Source: a virus
Lineage: Duplodnaviria > Caudoviricetes
Direction: 5' to 3' (one strand)
Virus record (IMG/VR): IMGVR_UViG_3300029179_000001
Span: 1 to 61,427 of that record
DNA length: 61,427 nt
Both the position numbers and the translations under genes were made by a program. Below, piece after piece: positions 38,264-48,419 of the stretch. Position 1 is the stretch's first letter. Every line of letters begins with the position of its first letter. The notes under the pieces are model-generated. The model worked only from the letters and a program-made list of their open reading frames with translations. It was not told the DNA's origin and made no database searches.

Positions 38264-39866
38264 CGCCTCCCTTGTCATTGGAGGGGGAAGGCGAATCACC
38301 GCTACCATTTCCGTTGGCTTGCGCTTTCGGTGCCCCTGGGGCGGGTTCAGCGGCTTCCCCCTCCTTGCGCCCGCTAGGGTCATCACTCCTATTGGGACGC
38401 AATCCGAATGCTGCTGCGGCTTCCGCTGCCTTTTGGTCTGCTGCTTCCTTTTCCTCTGCTGAGGTCTTGAGAAGTGTTCCGTTGTAGCGGAGTTCATCCC
38501 CCTTCGGATCAGGCGGCAAACCAAGCCTGTCGCGCCCCTCATTGGGACGCATCAACGCACCATTGGTCAGCTTCGTAATGATATCGGCTTGTTTGACTGG
38601 ATCAACATCTTCCTCTTCAAGCCAAACAAACTCAAGCTTGGATGATGGCCAATACTTGCGTATGATAAGGTCAATGGACCGCTTGACCCAGTTCATGATT
38701 GGGTTCAAGCCTTCCTCAAGTGCAACCTCTTGCGCTGTGTCTGCTGTTGCGCGGTTCATCTTCGTTTCGATCCACGCATAGGAGATTGAGAACGCAAAAG
38801 ACACGATCTTCGCAAGATACGTGTCCATGACTCCAGTGAGCTCAACCTCTTTGGTCGCAATGAAGGTTTTTGCTACACCACCCGGAACAAACTTGATGCG
38901 GCGGCGATTGGACATGTTGCCGGCAAGCATTGCATCAAAGTTGTCTTGGAAATCCTTGATCTGTTTTGGGGTCCACATCTCAGGTGTTCCCACGAGCGCT
39001 TCCGGGATATTGCCCTCAGTGTAGTATTGAAGTTGGAACAATTGGCGCCGCAGGCCAATGTTGATTGTCATAATGATTTGTTCCACCGGCGAGTATCCAT
39101 ACACCTTGTGGACGCGGGCGTTGCGTGGAAGATAGATCAATTGATCTGCAGTGTAATCGACTGCTGGCAGCCCCTTGAGAACCTGTTGATAGGCAGGGAC
39201 AGGGGGCTCAGGTGTCCTGCCCCAATCATCAATGACCCGCTTGATTGTTGCACCATCGATCTGTTCGAGCCCAAGAAGCTTTCCGCCATATGTCTCATGG
39301 CAATAGAGAGAGGCAGCATCAATGACAAGCATGTCCTCAAGAATACCACGAAGCCAAGCACCCCAGTCATTCTTGCCATCAGGCCTTTCAAGGAACCGGG
39401 AAATCTCCACAATGGCAGAGTCATCCTCATCATTGATCTGTTCGCCTTTGTGGTTCTTGCGGGGCTGAATAGACCAGTTCAGCTTTTCCATCTGATCCTT
39501 GCGTGTCTCAATAACAAGCCGCAAGATGTCATAAGCATCCGCAAGCGCACGCATTTCAGAGAAGCTGATTGACTCATAGGCGCGCGGAATTTGAATGAGA
39601 TTGTAGCCAGAGGGGAAATCAAAACGCCGTCCTTCCACCTCGATTGGCGCTGTTGGCGACATTGGGTTGAGAGGCCCAAACCAATCCGCTCCATTCCCTT
39701 GCTGAATGCCAGGAGTAAAGCCAAGGCTGACCGTAGTTCCATATGACATGAAACCATAGTCATTGCCGCCACTGTTCACTGTCAAGGACCGCTTGTTACC
39801 TTGGTCCTGAGTGTCGCGTGTCCCGCCAGGATTTGGAAGGCGAAAGTTGCGCTGGCCTTTTGCCAT
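38133..39866 (-). CDS. Portal protein
   Basis: YG.SPVEQ, G.IP.A, NE.R..LG motifs; follows TerL. Confidence 0.88.
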   Translation of the reverse strand: MAKGQRNFRLPNPGGTRDTQDQGNKRSLTVNSGGNDYGFMSYGTTVSLGFTPGIQQGNGADWFGPLNPMSPTAPIEVEGRRFDFPSGYNLIQIPRAYESISFSEMRALADAYDILRLVIETRKDQMEKLNWSIQPRKNHKGEQINDEDDSAIVEISRFLERPDGKNDWGAWLRGILEDMLVIDAASLYCHETYGGKLLGLEQIDGATIKRVIDDWGRTPEPPVPAYQQVLKGLPAVDYTADQLIYLPRNARVHKVYGYSPVEQIIMTINIGLRRQLFQLQYYTEGNIPEALVGTPEMWTPKQIKDFQDNFDAMLAGNMSNRRRIKFVPGGVAKTFIATKEVELTGVMDTYLAKIVSFAFSISYAWIETKMNRATADTAQEVALEEGLNPIMNWVKRSIDLIIRKYWPSSKLEFVWLEEEDVDPVKQADIITKLTNGALMRPNEGRDRLGLPPDPKGDELRYNGTLLKTSAEEKEAADQKAAEAAAAFGLRPNRSDDPSGRKEGEAAEPAPGAPKAQANGNGSGDSPSPSNDKGGDAEKASSTFRKRFNYYNPQEGSHSHRHDSPHKGSEQRGESPRP

Positions 39867-41557
39867 CAGAGAATTTCCTTGAATCCAGAGTCAACTAGCT
39901 CTTGTGATGAATTACGCAGCACCTTGATTGTTCCATCCTCGATGTTGTATACACGGCCTGAACGTGAATAGAATGTACCAGCTATTCCTTCCGGCGCACT
40001 CATCATGATCATTTCATTCGAAGGCCGGATAGCTTCCCGTTCTAATGACACAACATGTGGGAAGGATTGAGATGGCTGAATGACATCAGGAGAAGGAAGC
40101 GTTGGCGTTGGCGTTGAAGTAGAGTCATTGCTCTGCCGGTAGAACTCCATCAGCCCCAATCCCGAAATCAAATCCAATGCAAGATCACTAACGGCCCAAA
40201 CCATCGCATCAGCACGGTCAGGGCTCTTTTCCCCATTGTATCCCGAACTAGAGAACTGTAACAGCTGCTCCTCCAGCTCAGGAAAGTTACCAACCAGAAA
40301 GACCTTCCGCTTATCGAACAGCGTTGCGATTGGCTCAGCACGGACTGCCTTGCCTCTTGATGCGTGTAGCTCCTTAAAGGGAACGTCTGGATCAGCAATG
40401 TTGACGACAGCAGCAACCATCGCACCGCCAAAGTTCACTTCTCCAATGATCCGGTCTGCCTTGTACTTGTGATACAGGCGAGTGGCGATAGCTCCCCATC
40501 CATCTTCCCCTTGAGGGGGATAACGCCCTGAGGCATCTTCAAGAATGTAGACATTGCTATTGATATCTGTAGCGGCAACAACAATCCCCACCTCATCGCT
40601 CCGCTCATCCTCTTTCCCCTTCGTGCCGCTCGGATCAATAGCAACAACGACATTGGTCAATGTTTTAGGAGCAAACTCAATCCTTGATGCTTCAATGGAC
40701 TCATACGTCCAGAGGGGATTATCCGTTGACTCACCAAACTTACCCTCCCAGAACCTAACACGCTCCCGCTTAGGCAATGAGCGGAGAATGTTCTTGGTGG
40801 CCTCTGGGATATGAGGATTGTTCGCTGGCTGCATGAACACGTGACGATAGGATTTGGGATTGATGACTGGCGCTCCTGATGCTGGATCAACCCCCTTTAT
40901 CCAAAGACGATAAGACCAATGCCCCTCCATTGGCGGGTTCTCATCATTGATCTCCTTGAGTGGCATGTAGCCATAGCGCGATCCCGGTACAGCAATCTTC
41001 TGCGACAGGCGCGTTACCGCCTTGTTGCGGGAGGAATAGCTGATCTGGGAAATCTCATTGTTGAAGATGGTGAGGTGACCCTGTCCCAAAATCTTCTCTG
41101 TCCGGTCCTTGTCATCCAGTCCACCAAAATAGATTTTGTGTCCATTGGAGAACTCAGCAAACCAATCAGAGCGGTTAAAATAGAATAGGCGTTCCCCCGG
41201 CCACTCATTCTTGCAAACTGACGGAAAGGTATCGTTGATGATCGATGCCTTAAGATGATTGAAGCGGAAGCGGAGAATAACTTGCGAGCCTTCCGGGGCA
41301 TAGAAAGCACGAATGATCAAATACTTGATGATGAGATAGGTCTTGCCGGAACGCGCACCGCCTGCAAGCAATATGTGAGTGGATTCATCATCACACAATG
41401 CTGCCCAACCTTGCTTCTGGAAATCCTCGATGTTCGAATTACCACGTGGCTTCGCAACCAAGCCTTTCTTCTTGGACCACAAGTGACGGTTTTCGTCCAA
41501 CATCCTTGACAAGACCTTATCAGTGTCTGCCAAGGCAATCTTATTGTAGGCAGTCAA
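39866..41557 (-). CDS. terL: Terminase large subunit
   Basis: GGARSGKT Walker A, NNE Walker B, VAIDPS, E.N.GG, K..RAEP, SPDRADA. Confidence 0.93.
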   Translation of the reverse strand: MTAYNKIALADTDKVLSRMLDENRHLWSKKKGLVAKPRGNSNIEDFQKQGWAALCDDESTHILLAGGARSGKTYLIIKYLIIRAFYAPEGSQVILRFRFNHLKASIINDTFPSVCKNEWPGERLFYFNRSDWFAEFSNGHKIYFGGLDDKDRTEKILGQGHLTIFNNEISQISYSSRNKAVTRLSQKIAVPGSRYGYMPLKEINDENPPMEGHWSYRLWIKGVDPASGAPVINPKSYRHVFMQPANNPHIPEATKNILRSLPKRERVRFWEGKFGESTDNPLWTYESIEASRIEFAPKTLTNVVVAIDPSGTKGKEDERSDEVGIVVAATDINSNVYILEDASGRYPPQGEDGWGAIATRLYHKYKADRIIGEVNFGGAMVAAVVNIADPDVPFKELHASRGKAVRAEPIATLFDKRKVFLVGNFPELEEQLLQFSSSGYNGEKSPDRADAMVWAVSDLALDLISGLGLMEFYRQSNDSTSTPTPTLPSPDVIQPSQSFPHVVSLEREAIRPSNEMIMMSAPEGIAGTFYSRSGRVYNIEDGTIKVLRNSSQELVDSGFKEIL

Positions 41558-42270
41558 TGGGATGATCCATTGGTCTTGGGTGTCACATCCGTGTACTCGC
41601 CTTCTTGAATGTGATCTGTACCGATCCCTGCTGCCATCGCCTCCATCGGGGAGATTTGTACGGCAATGCCGCCCTTACCCCCATTGATGTTGACGTTGTT
41701 TTGAATCCCGATCTGTCCCCCGCCCGTCATCCTGTCAAGCAGTTCCATTGCCTTGATCTTGTCATGAAACTCCACCTCCATAGAGGGGGACTTGCCCTTT
41801 ACCTGCTTAACCCGCTTGAAGGCTTGCATTTGCCGTTCATCAAGCTTAACAGTGTCGTGAATCTGAACGGTGTTCTTACGGATAGCGATATAGTCACCAG
41901 TGTTGTAAAAGGAAAGCTTTGTGAGCTCATCAACCATCCGAACACGGAGAGAAGCATATTGTTCATTCTCGCCTTGACGAAATTGCTGGATAGCATCTTG
42001 GACGTTTTCATCCTTCAGATACTGAACCCCCTTGGTGTAGCAATCCTTCCTCTGAGCATTAAGGCCCGCTAGGTTAGAGCGCTGAACCGCGAGTGTTGCA
42101 TCCCAATCGCTGAAATACTCCCAACAGAACTTGACCTGATCGAGGCGGAGATTATCAGTCCAATCGCCCTTGGGCTTTTTGCCTGTTGCCTCAGCCAGTT
42201 CCTTCATGGTCATTGTTGCTGCTGAACGAGCAACGTGACCAGGATTGATCTTACGCCGGATACGTTTCAT
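41554..42270 (-). CDS. terS: Terminase small subunit
   Basis: Q..FC.EY..D.DAT.A N-terminal HTH and HDK.KA.ELL; upstream of terL. Confidence 0.8.
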   Translation of the reverse strand: MKRIRRKINPGHVARSAATMTMKELAEATGKKPKGDWTDNLRLDQVKFCWEYFSDWDATLAVQRSNLAGLNAQRKDCYTKGVQYLKDENVQDAIQQFRQGENEQYASLRVRMVDELTKLSFYNTGDYIAIRKNTVQIHDTVKLDERQMQAFKRVKQVKGKSPSMEVEFHDKIKAMELLDRMTGGGQIGIQNNVNINGGKGGIAVQISPMEAMAAGIGTDHIQEGEYTDVTPKTNGSSH

Positions 42271-42561
42271 TGATGATGATCTTTCGTTATGGTTCAAAGC
42301 AAAGCTTCACGCGCCATCGCGCGTAACTGCATTTGACATTGAACAGCATTTTGATGAAGTAGTTCTTGGACTCAGGTGCACATTGTAGCTCTTGCTGCAA
42401 TGTGGCTTGCGAACTCAACTTGTTGAGTTCGATCCTTCTTGATGTTGTTCAGATGGTAAACAACGACCACACCCTAAATGTAGGAGTTTGGTTGGTTGGG
42501 CCGCAACTCGCCGCATAGCGTTACAGGATCACCCAACAGCCGTCTTATTGGGGCCAGACCT

Positions 42562-43095
42562 TTAGGCGATTTTTTCCGCGAAAGCAACTGACATACGAAG
42601 CTTCAAGCCGCTTACAATAACAGAGACGTTCTGTTTATTGAGACAATTCTCCTGTACAATACCAACCTTTCCATTTATGTGCGATCCCAGAACACTATTT
42701 GTTATCAATACCCTATCACCTTTCACAAAGCTTTTCCGCTCTTTCGCCTTAGCGACTAACTGATCAAACTCCCCACTGTCCTCCCTGCGTTTTAGGTCAG
42801 CGATAACCTCTCCCGGAAGGGGGAACACATTCTCCCCGTCCTGTATATAGCCCAACAGGCCCTTAAGCTTCCCCTCGTGAAGCAGGCTAATCAGCATAAG
42901 AGGCCGGTACGTCACAAAGATATATCCCGCAAAGACAGGCTGACTGATATGAATAGGCTGATGCTTCCGCTTTGGCTTTGTGATTACCGTTCCAACTGGA
43001 TACCAACATTCAAGCTTATACTCTCCAGCGAAAACATTTTGAATCTCACGCTCCCTTCCAGCGACAACAACAGCTATTGCCCAATGCTGTTTCAT
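42562..43095 (-). CDS. NusG-paralog antiterminator
   Basis: NGN domain (W.....GRE, PVFAGYIFV) plus KOW motif (F.KGDRV.I). Confidence 0.85.
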   Translation of the reverse strand: MKQHWAIAVVVAGREREIQNVFAGEYKLECWYPVGTVITKPKRKHQPIHISQPVFAGYIFVTYRPLMLISLLHEGKLKGLLGYIQDGENVFPLPGEVIADLKRREDSGEFDQLVAKAKERKSFVKGDRVLITNSVLGSHINGKVGIVQENCLNKQNVSVIVSGLKLRMSVAFAEKIA

Positions 43096-43098
43096 TGT

Positions 43099-43683
43099 TC
43101 ACTCCCAGAAAGAGGGGGATGATAGTGTTTTGATGATCTTAAGCCGGGAAGCTTTAATTGAATCATCGCCCCCTTGCAAATCTCTTAAGCTGCCAACCTG
43201 AACTGCTTTACTCATATCGATCTTTTCATCCCCCATCGGACAATGCTTTCCCGCGATGACATAAACCTCCCAATGAATAATTCCTTGTATATGACATGAA
43301 AACATTATTGCTGTTTTCTCTCCCCTACGGGAGGACAGAATGTGATAGCGAACTTGAGCAGGCCTCATCTTTGCGACAACCCTGTTTTCTTCAGGCAGCA
43401 TCTTTTTGATGATTTTTCTCCCATCACGTCTCTTTGATTTCACAATCAACTTTTGATTCTTTCTGTAATACCAAGATTTGAGTTCAACAGGAATGCGGGA
43501 CTTTCCAACTTTCAGCAGCATGTCTGGCAGTCCAATTGTCGATCCCATGGAAGGCTCAACCCATTGAATCACGTCCTTGTCTGTGCTGTATTTCCACGTT
43601 GTGTAGGAGGACATGACTTGACGTATCCAGCTACGCAATTTCTTTTCATTCAACCGAGGGGCTTCCTTCACGTACTGACGCAT
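43099..43683 (-). CDS. PD-(D/E)xK / VRR-NUC-like nuclease (resolvase candidate)
   Basis: NE, GLPD, VELK, RPAQ..Y. Confidence 0.7.
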   Translation of the reverse strand: MRQYVKEAPRLNEKKLRSWIRQVMSSYTTWKYSTDKDVIQWVEPSMGSTIGLPDMLLKVGKSRIPVELKSWYYRKNQKLIVKSKRRDGRKIIKKMLPEENRVVAKMRPAQVRYHILSSRRGEKTAIMFSCHIQGIIHWEVYVIAGKHCPMGDEKIDMSKAVQVGSLRDLQGGDDSIKASRLKIIKTLSSPSFWE

Positions 43684-43710
43684 AATAAACTCCTATCTGT
43701 TATGAGTCAC

Positions 43711-43849
43711 TTGTCGTAGCGTAATACCCTTCACCCCCGTTCTTACCTTTTCTATACTCTACTCTAATATTATACCCTTCCTCTTTCTAACATTTCAGCC
43801 GGAATATAGAAAGATATAAACGGGGGTGAAAGGGTTTACGCTACGACAA
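43711..43849. repeat. ~31-bp inverted repeat around an AT-rich spacer (candidate origin)
   Basis: TTGTCGTAGCGTAA..CCC.TTCACCCCCGTT mirrored at 43819-43849. Confidence 0.75.
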
Positions 43850-43982
43850 ATTACATTAAGTCATTGTTCCTCCTCCTTTTATGGACCACGATCCGAAGCT
43901 GATTGTCATCACATTACGGAATTGAGATGCGTAAAATCAGCATTTTTCGTCCTTTTTTCACAATTTCTACCCCCTAATTTCA

Positions 43983-46310
43983 TCACATTAAGGAGCTAAA
44001 CCATGTGAGATCGGCAGGCTTCCGCCCCTCTTTTACAAGGTCTATCCAGCTGGTTTTGGCGAATTTCGCCGTGCTGTACAGGATGGTTGACCGGACACCA
44101 CGGGTATTCCACTGTGGATTTTGTGCCATTCCTACCTCACCATTTCTGGCAAACCACCCCCTGTTCAAGGCCAGCTTCCGGATGGTCAAATAGCTTTCGA
44201 GCCGGTCATTGTGCCGCCCATCATACATCTTGTTACGGATTAGGTCTTGAAGCTGTGAATCAATCAGGAACACTTCCTCATTTTTAGCCTCAGCATCCTC
44301 TTTGACCTTATCGATGACGCCTGCAACCATGAGAAGCCCCTTCGAAAGGTTCTCGTTGATCACTTGTTGCTTAAGGGAGGAGCTGGGGGGCATGTCGCCT
44401 TTATAGATAGGGGAGTGTCCTGTGTATATGCTCTTATCCTTGCCGGAAGCGGGGGATAGGAATTTCTTGAGCCATCCATAGACAATGCTGATCCCGTCCT
44501 CATCCTCCAGCCAGTTAAAGAAGCGCTCCCAGTACGCGGGCGGCTTCTTTGTATTGTTCAAGCTAGGGATAAACCAGCGGCGGTCATTCTCATCAAGCTT
44601 CAAGGCTTTTAGCGAGTTAGAGCAGGCGATGACGTGGACCCAGTTGTCTATCTCATATGCCTTTTGAAACTTTTCATTGATCGAGATAGTCCCCTCTGTG
44701 ATGACTGACTTGAGGTTATCATAAGCCTTGAGGTTGTGTCCGTGGTAAATTTCATTACAGATGATGAGGCGCTTGTGCGCTGCCCAGCCATTGAAATTCG
44801 GATTCACAAGGCTTTCCCCACTCACCACCGACGAATTGTTCATGCCCACGATTGGCCTCATGATCCGTTCGCCTAGCGTTGTTTTGCCGATACCTTGAGT
44901 CTCTGATATGAGCAGCATTGAATACTGGATACGGATTTCAGGGTGATGCGCCAGCGTCGCCATATAGCGTAGCGTTTCGATCCGGTCCTTTTCCTCTGGG
45001 ATGAGATACTCCATGTATTCAATGAATGTCGAAGCATCACCCTCCCTAGCCACAAGGCTAGTCGGGATGTGAGTGTTGATCCTTCTCCTATTATCTGATG
45101 TTGCGTAGATGCCTGGTTCACGTGATGGGTTGTAGTCTAGCTGAATAGCTTTCGAGGCATTGTCCCTTAGAACGATTGAACTGGTGTTCACACTGTTGGA
45201 GAAGGGGGCGACAACATTGTCAAATTCATCAGCACTATAGATCAGGTCATAGCGGTGCTTGAACACGAACAAGAGGGGCTTCACTGAATGTTCGATTGAT
45301 TCGAGGAAAATTGGTCTCAGGCGGATTTGCGCTGCGCCTTTTCCGCTTGGATTGGGCACGAGGTCTGTGGCCCATGTTGCTGGTTGTATGAGTTGCTTAA
45401 TCGAGGGGCCAATGTATTTCCCCTTCTTGTTGAAGAGGCGGGCACAATCCTTCCCCGGCTCCATAGGATCAGCAAGGTCAAATCCGTATTTCCAACGGTT
45501 GTCAAACTTCACAATGTAGAGCAGCCCGCCATAAGCCCTGCTCACATCAGAGTCAGCCCTCATTCCTGGCGGATCATTGTCGCATACATAGACAACCTCT
45601 GTTGGCTTCTCTTTCGCTACCTCGCGGTAGTCTGCGCGGTGTGCTGCTAGGGCTCCACCCACCTGTCCCCAGTGTTCATACTCCTTGAGCTCTTCATACC
45701 AAGGATGGACTGTGCGGATGGCCGCATATTCCTTTTCCTTTGATGTACATAGCTCTTCAACGAAGCGTGCTGTTTTAGCACCTTCGTGAATCATGATCTT
45801 GTTTGAGCGCTTGACCTTAGGCTTCCAAAGTGGAAGCTTATCGGGCGGCTCCATCTGTCTCCAACGGCCATCGTTATAATAGGTCCATGGGAAATAGTCC
45901 TTTGTCCCGTCCTTGTGGTTGCGGCGCTCCTGAACAAAGTCGATGAGCCCTGTTTGACGGTTCCAGAACACAAAGAGCATATCGAGGTTAGTTTGAGCAA
46001 CACTCATCAATGATCTTAGAAGGGCTTCTGTCGCTCCAATATGTTCAGGCCATTTTACATCCCGGATTGCGGCTGCAATTTCTTCCACTTCTTTCTTCGT
46101 TGGCGCGTAGTCCTTGTGAGTGCAATTGATGATGTGTTCTTCATCGATCCTGATGATGGCTACCTCTTTGTAGTAACCATTTCCCAATTGTTCACGCACC
46201 ATGTACTTGCGGTAGCTCATCATGGTCGCGCCCACACGGTCTATATAAGCCGCTAGGGCAGGGATCGATTTGTAGTTGAATGTCTCTGGTGCTCTCGGTT
46301 TGCGAGCCAT
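43983..46310 (-). CDS. Primase-helicase (TOPRIM plus SF3/DUF5906-like ATPase)
   Basis: IHEG and CDND (TOPRIM); QGIGKTT (Walker A), IICNE (Walker B), ACSN, DRRW; start 46310 after GAGGACCA. Confidence 0.88.
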   Translation of the reverse strand: MARKPRAPETFNYKSIPALAAYIDRVGATMMSYRKYMVREQLGNGYYKEVAIIRIDEEHIINCTHKDYAPTKKEVEEIAAAIRDVKWPEHIGATEALLRSLMSVAQTNLDMLFVFWNRQTGLIDFVQERRNHKDGTKDYFPWTYYNDGRWRQMEPPDKLPLWKPKVKRSNKIMIHEGAKTARFVEELCTSKEKEYAAIRTVHPWYEELKEYEHWGQVGGALAAHRADYREVAKEKPTEVVYVCDNDPPGMRADSDVSRAYGGLLYIVKFDNRWKYGFDLADPMEPGKDCARLFNKKGKYIGPSIKQLIQPATWATDLVPNPSGKGAAQIRLRPIFLESIEHSVKPLLFVFKHRYDLIYSADEFDNVVAPFSNSVNTSSIVLRDNASKAIQLDYNPSREPGIYATSDNRRRINTHIPTSLVAREGDASTFIEYMEYLIPEEKDRIETLRYMATLAHHPEIRIQYSMLLISETQGIGKTTLGERIMRPIVGMNNSSVVSGESLVNPNFNGWAAHKRLIICNEIYHGHNLKAYDNLKSVITEGTISINEKFQKAYEIDNWVHVIACSNSLKALKLDENDRRWFIPSLNNTKKPPAYWERFFNWLEDEDGISIVYGWLKKFLSPASGKDKSIYTGHSPIYKGDMPPSSSLKQQVINENLSKGLLMVAGVIDKVKEDAEAKNEEVFLIDSQLQDLIRNKMYDGRHNDRLESYLTIRKLALNRGWFARNGEVGMAQNPQWNTRGVRSTILYSTAKFAKTSWIDLVKEGRKPADLTWFSSLM

Positions 46311-46601
46311 GGATTGGTCCTCTTGGTTTTCTAGGGATGAATGATTCCCTGTCGCGCCGCTACTATTAGAACGAAACAATGATAGAAAAAAGAGGGGTTA
46401 ATTTATTTTCTGAAATCTTCAAAAATTGCTACTTCATTAGAAATCCTGAAAATACCGTAACGACATGGAGGGAATCAGTATCGATTGAAACGAATATTGA
46501 ATCACTTAAGCCCACAAATAAATCAAATAGACTTTCTTCAATGTTTTCGTGTAACCTCTTCCCGCTCCTAATTCCGGGAGCACAAAACAAGGGAATAGAC
46601 G

Positions 46602-47459
46602 ATGGCTAAGGTAGCGCCGAAACCCGTGGCAAAGGGGAAACCCGTGCCCGAAAAGACAAAAGGACCAACTCCCAATCTTCCAGCAGTCAAGAAAGCCGCT
46701 CCCAGCGGCATTATTGCGTATGAAGAGTTTGAAGGGGATCGTTCTGGGTTCGAGAATGTCACTGCACGTGATGTTTCCGTTCCACGCATCACGATCCTTC
46801 AAAAGCTTTCCCCACAGTTGGACAAGAAGAAACCCAACTATGTGGAAGATGCTCAGCTGGGTGATTTTTGCGACGTGAGCACTGGTGAAATTTTCCGGGA
46901 GCAGCTTCGCATCATTCCTGTTTTCTATGCGATGATTCATCTCGAATGGGCACCCCGCTCAACAGGCAAGGGCATTGTCAATAACTACGGGACAGACCGC
47001 TCAATCCTCGACAAGTGCACTCAGGATGAAAAGCGCAAGATGGTTCTGCCCAACGGCAACTATGTCGCTGAAACGGCAACCTATTTCGTCCTCAATCTGG
47101 ACGCCAATTACCGGCGTTCCTTTATTCCGTTGTCGTCGACTGGATTGCGTGCGAGCCGCAACTGGATGAATGCGCTGACGGGCGAGCGGGTGCCTAAGCC
47201 GGACGGGTCAACGTTCCAGCCGCCAATGTTCTATCGCTCTTGGATTGCGAAACCTGTTGAGGTTTCCAATAATGATGGTGATTGGTACACTTGGAAATTC
47301 GATCCATCTGATACCATCATTGAACTTGATCCGAGCAAGGAGCTATTGGCTGAGGCCCGTTCCTTCTATGAAGCCGCCTCCAGCGGCCTCATCAAGGGTG
47401 ATTTGTCCGGTCTTGAACAGGCTGGCGAGGATCGCAGCGACGGCGACGGCCGCATGTAA
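46602..47459 (+). CDS. Putative ssDNA-binding / annealing protein
   Basis: GFEN....D..VPR...LQ.LSPQ pattern; acidic C-terminus; first gene of the replication operon. Confidence 0.6.
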   Translation: MAKVAPKPVAKGKPVPEKTKGPTPNLPAVKKAAPSGIIAYEEFEGDRSGFENVTARDVSVPRITILQKLSPQLDKKKPNYVEDAQLGDFCDVSTGEIFREQLRIIPVFYAMIHLEWAPRSTGKGIVNNYGTDRSILDKCTQDEKRKMVLPNGNYVAETATYFVLNLDANYRRSFIPLSSTGLRASRNWMNALTGERVPKPDGSTFQPPMFYRSWIAKPVEVSNNDGDWYTWKFDPSDTIIELDPSKELLAEARSFYEAASSGLIKGDLSGLEQAGEDRSDGDGRM

Positions 47460-48124
47460 TGTCTAGGCCACTCCCGAAAGCCTCCCCGGCTCAAAAGCCG
47501 GGGAGGCCTTCTGTAAACGCTAGCAAGAGCAAGCGTGCACAGGATGATGAAGACCTTGAAAGCGTTCTTGGAAAGACAACCCCAAGCAATTCCCAGCTCA
47601 ACGAGATCAGTGTGGCTGTGGATTCAGCAGTTCACCTCATGAGGTCTATCGAGAACCTTGAAGAGGCTGTCGCGGGATACAAGAAGGAGCTGCGTGAGAT
47701 CATCGAGAACCGGATACCAAACATCATGGTGTCTGCCGGATCGAAGAATTTCGAAACAATCGAAGGCGTAAAAGTGGAGCTAAAGGACATTGTGTCGGCT
47801 ACGCTTCCGCCTGATGATGATGAAAACGAGGCCAGGCGCAAGGCAGCGATGGCTTGGCTTCGCAAGAATGGCGCTGATTCCTTGATCAAGGTAGCGATCA
47901 AGGCAGAGCTCAACAGCAAGGATAAGGCTGCACTCAAGGTCTTGCTTTCAGAAATGAAGAAGCTGAAGGTGGACTATCTTGCGAAGGAAAGTGTTAATCC
48001 AATCTCTCTTTCCGCACTCATGCGCAAGCGCATTGCTGATGCGCAGCCCATCCCAACTGACCTGATGACTATCTTTTCAGGCAAGCGGGCGAAGATCACC
48101 CTGCCAAACAAACAGGAGAAATGA
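47459..48124 (+). CDS. Conserved phage replication-region protein
   Basis: Coiled coil followed by A..WLR.NG...LIK. Confidence 0.6.
   Translation: MSRPLPKASPAQKPGRPSVNASKSKRAQDDEDLESVLGKTTPSNSQLNEISVAVDSAVHLMRSIENLEEAVAGYKKELREIIENRIPNIMVSAGSKNFETIEGVKVELKDIVSATLPPDDDENEARRKAAMAWLRKNGADSLIKVAIKAELNSKDKAALKVLLSEMKKLKVDYLAKESVNPISLSALMRKRIADAQPIPTDLMTIFSGKRAKITLPNKQEK
47480..47511 (+). terminator. Strong hairpin after the SSB-like gene
   Basis: GCCTCCCCGGCT-CAAA-AGCCGGGGAGGC, 12-bp stem. Confidence 0.45.
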
Positions 48125-48125
48125 A

Positions 48126-48419
48126 ATGTCTGAACGTGTTATCCGTGAGCAATTGATTGCCCTTGATGCCCTTATGGGCAGGGAGGGAGCTGACTCTATT
48201 ACAGGGTTCAAGGGCAAATTGGTTGCATACACAGTCCACATCACTGGCTGCGATCAGGTCTATCTCTTGCCTCAAGTCGGGAGTGATGGAAAGAAAGCCG
48301 AGGGTGCTTGGTTCGATTTCCCTCGCATCGATTGGAACATGGACAAGTCACCATTGACTGTTCCGAAAGGTGATAAGCCGGGAGCGAGTGAAGCAACAAC
48401 CAGCGGCAGGAGGGTCTAA
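48126..48419 (+). CDS. Conserved phage hypothetical protein
   Basis: D.ITGF.G...TGC.Q...WFD..R motif. Confidence 0.65.
   Translation: MSERVIREQLIALDALMGREGADSITGFKGKLVAYTVHITGCDQVYLLPQVGSDGKKAEGAWFDFPRIDWNMDKSPLTVPKGDKPGASEATTSGRRV

Noticed and set aside
37364-38542. 392-aa long form of the minor head protein
   Set aside because: It needs a 410-nt overlap with the portal gene; a start at 38263 or 38185 is more plausible.
12145-46256. Numerous plus-strand ORFs opposite the late and primase genes (and minus-strand ORFs opposite the plus-strand operons)
   Set aside because: These are shadow frames of well-supported genes, with no motifs or RBS support.
46379-46609. 76-aa ORF between primase and SSB-like genes
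   Set aside because: AT-rich divergent promoter region with no convincing RBS; probably non-coding.
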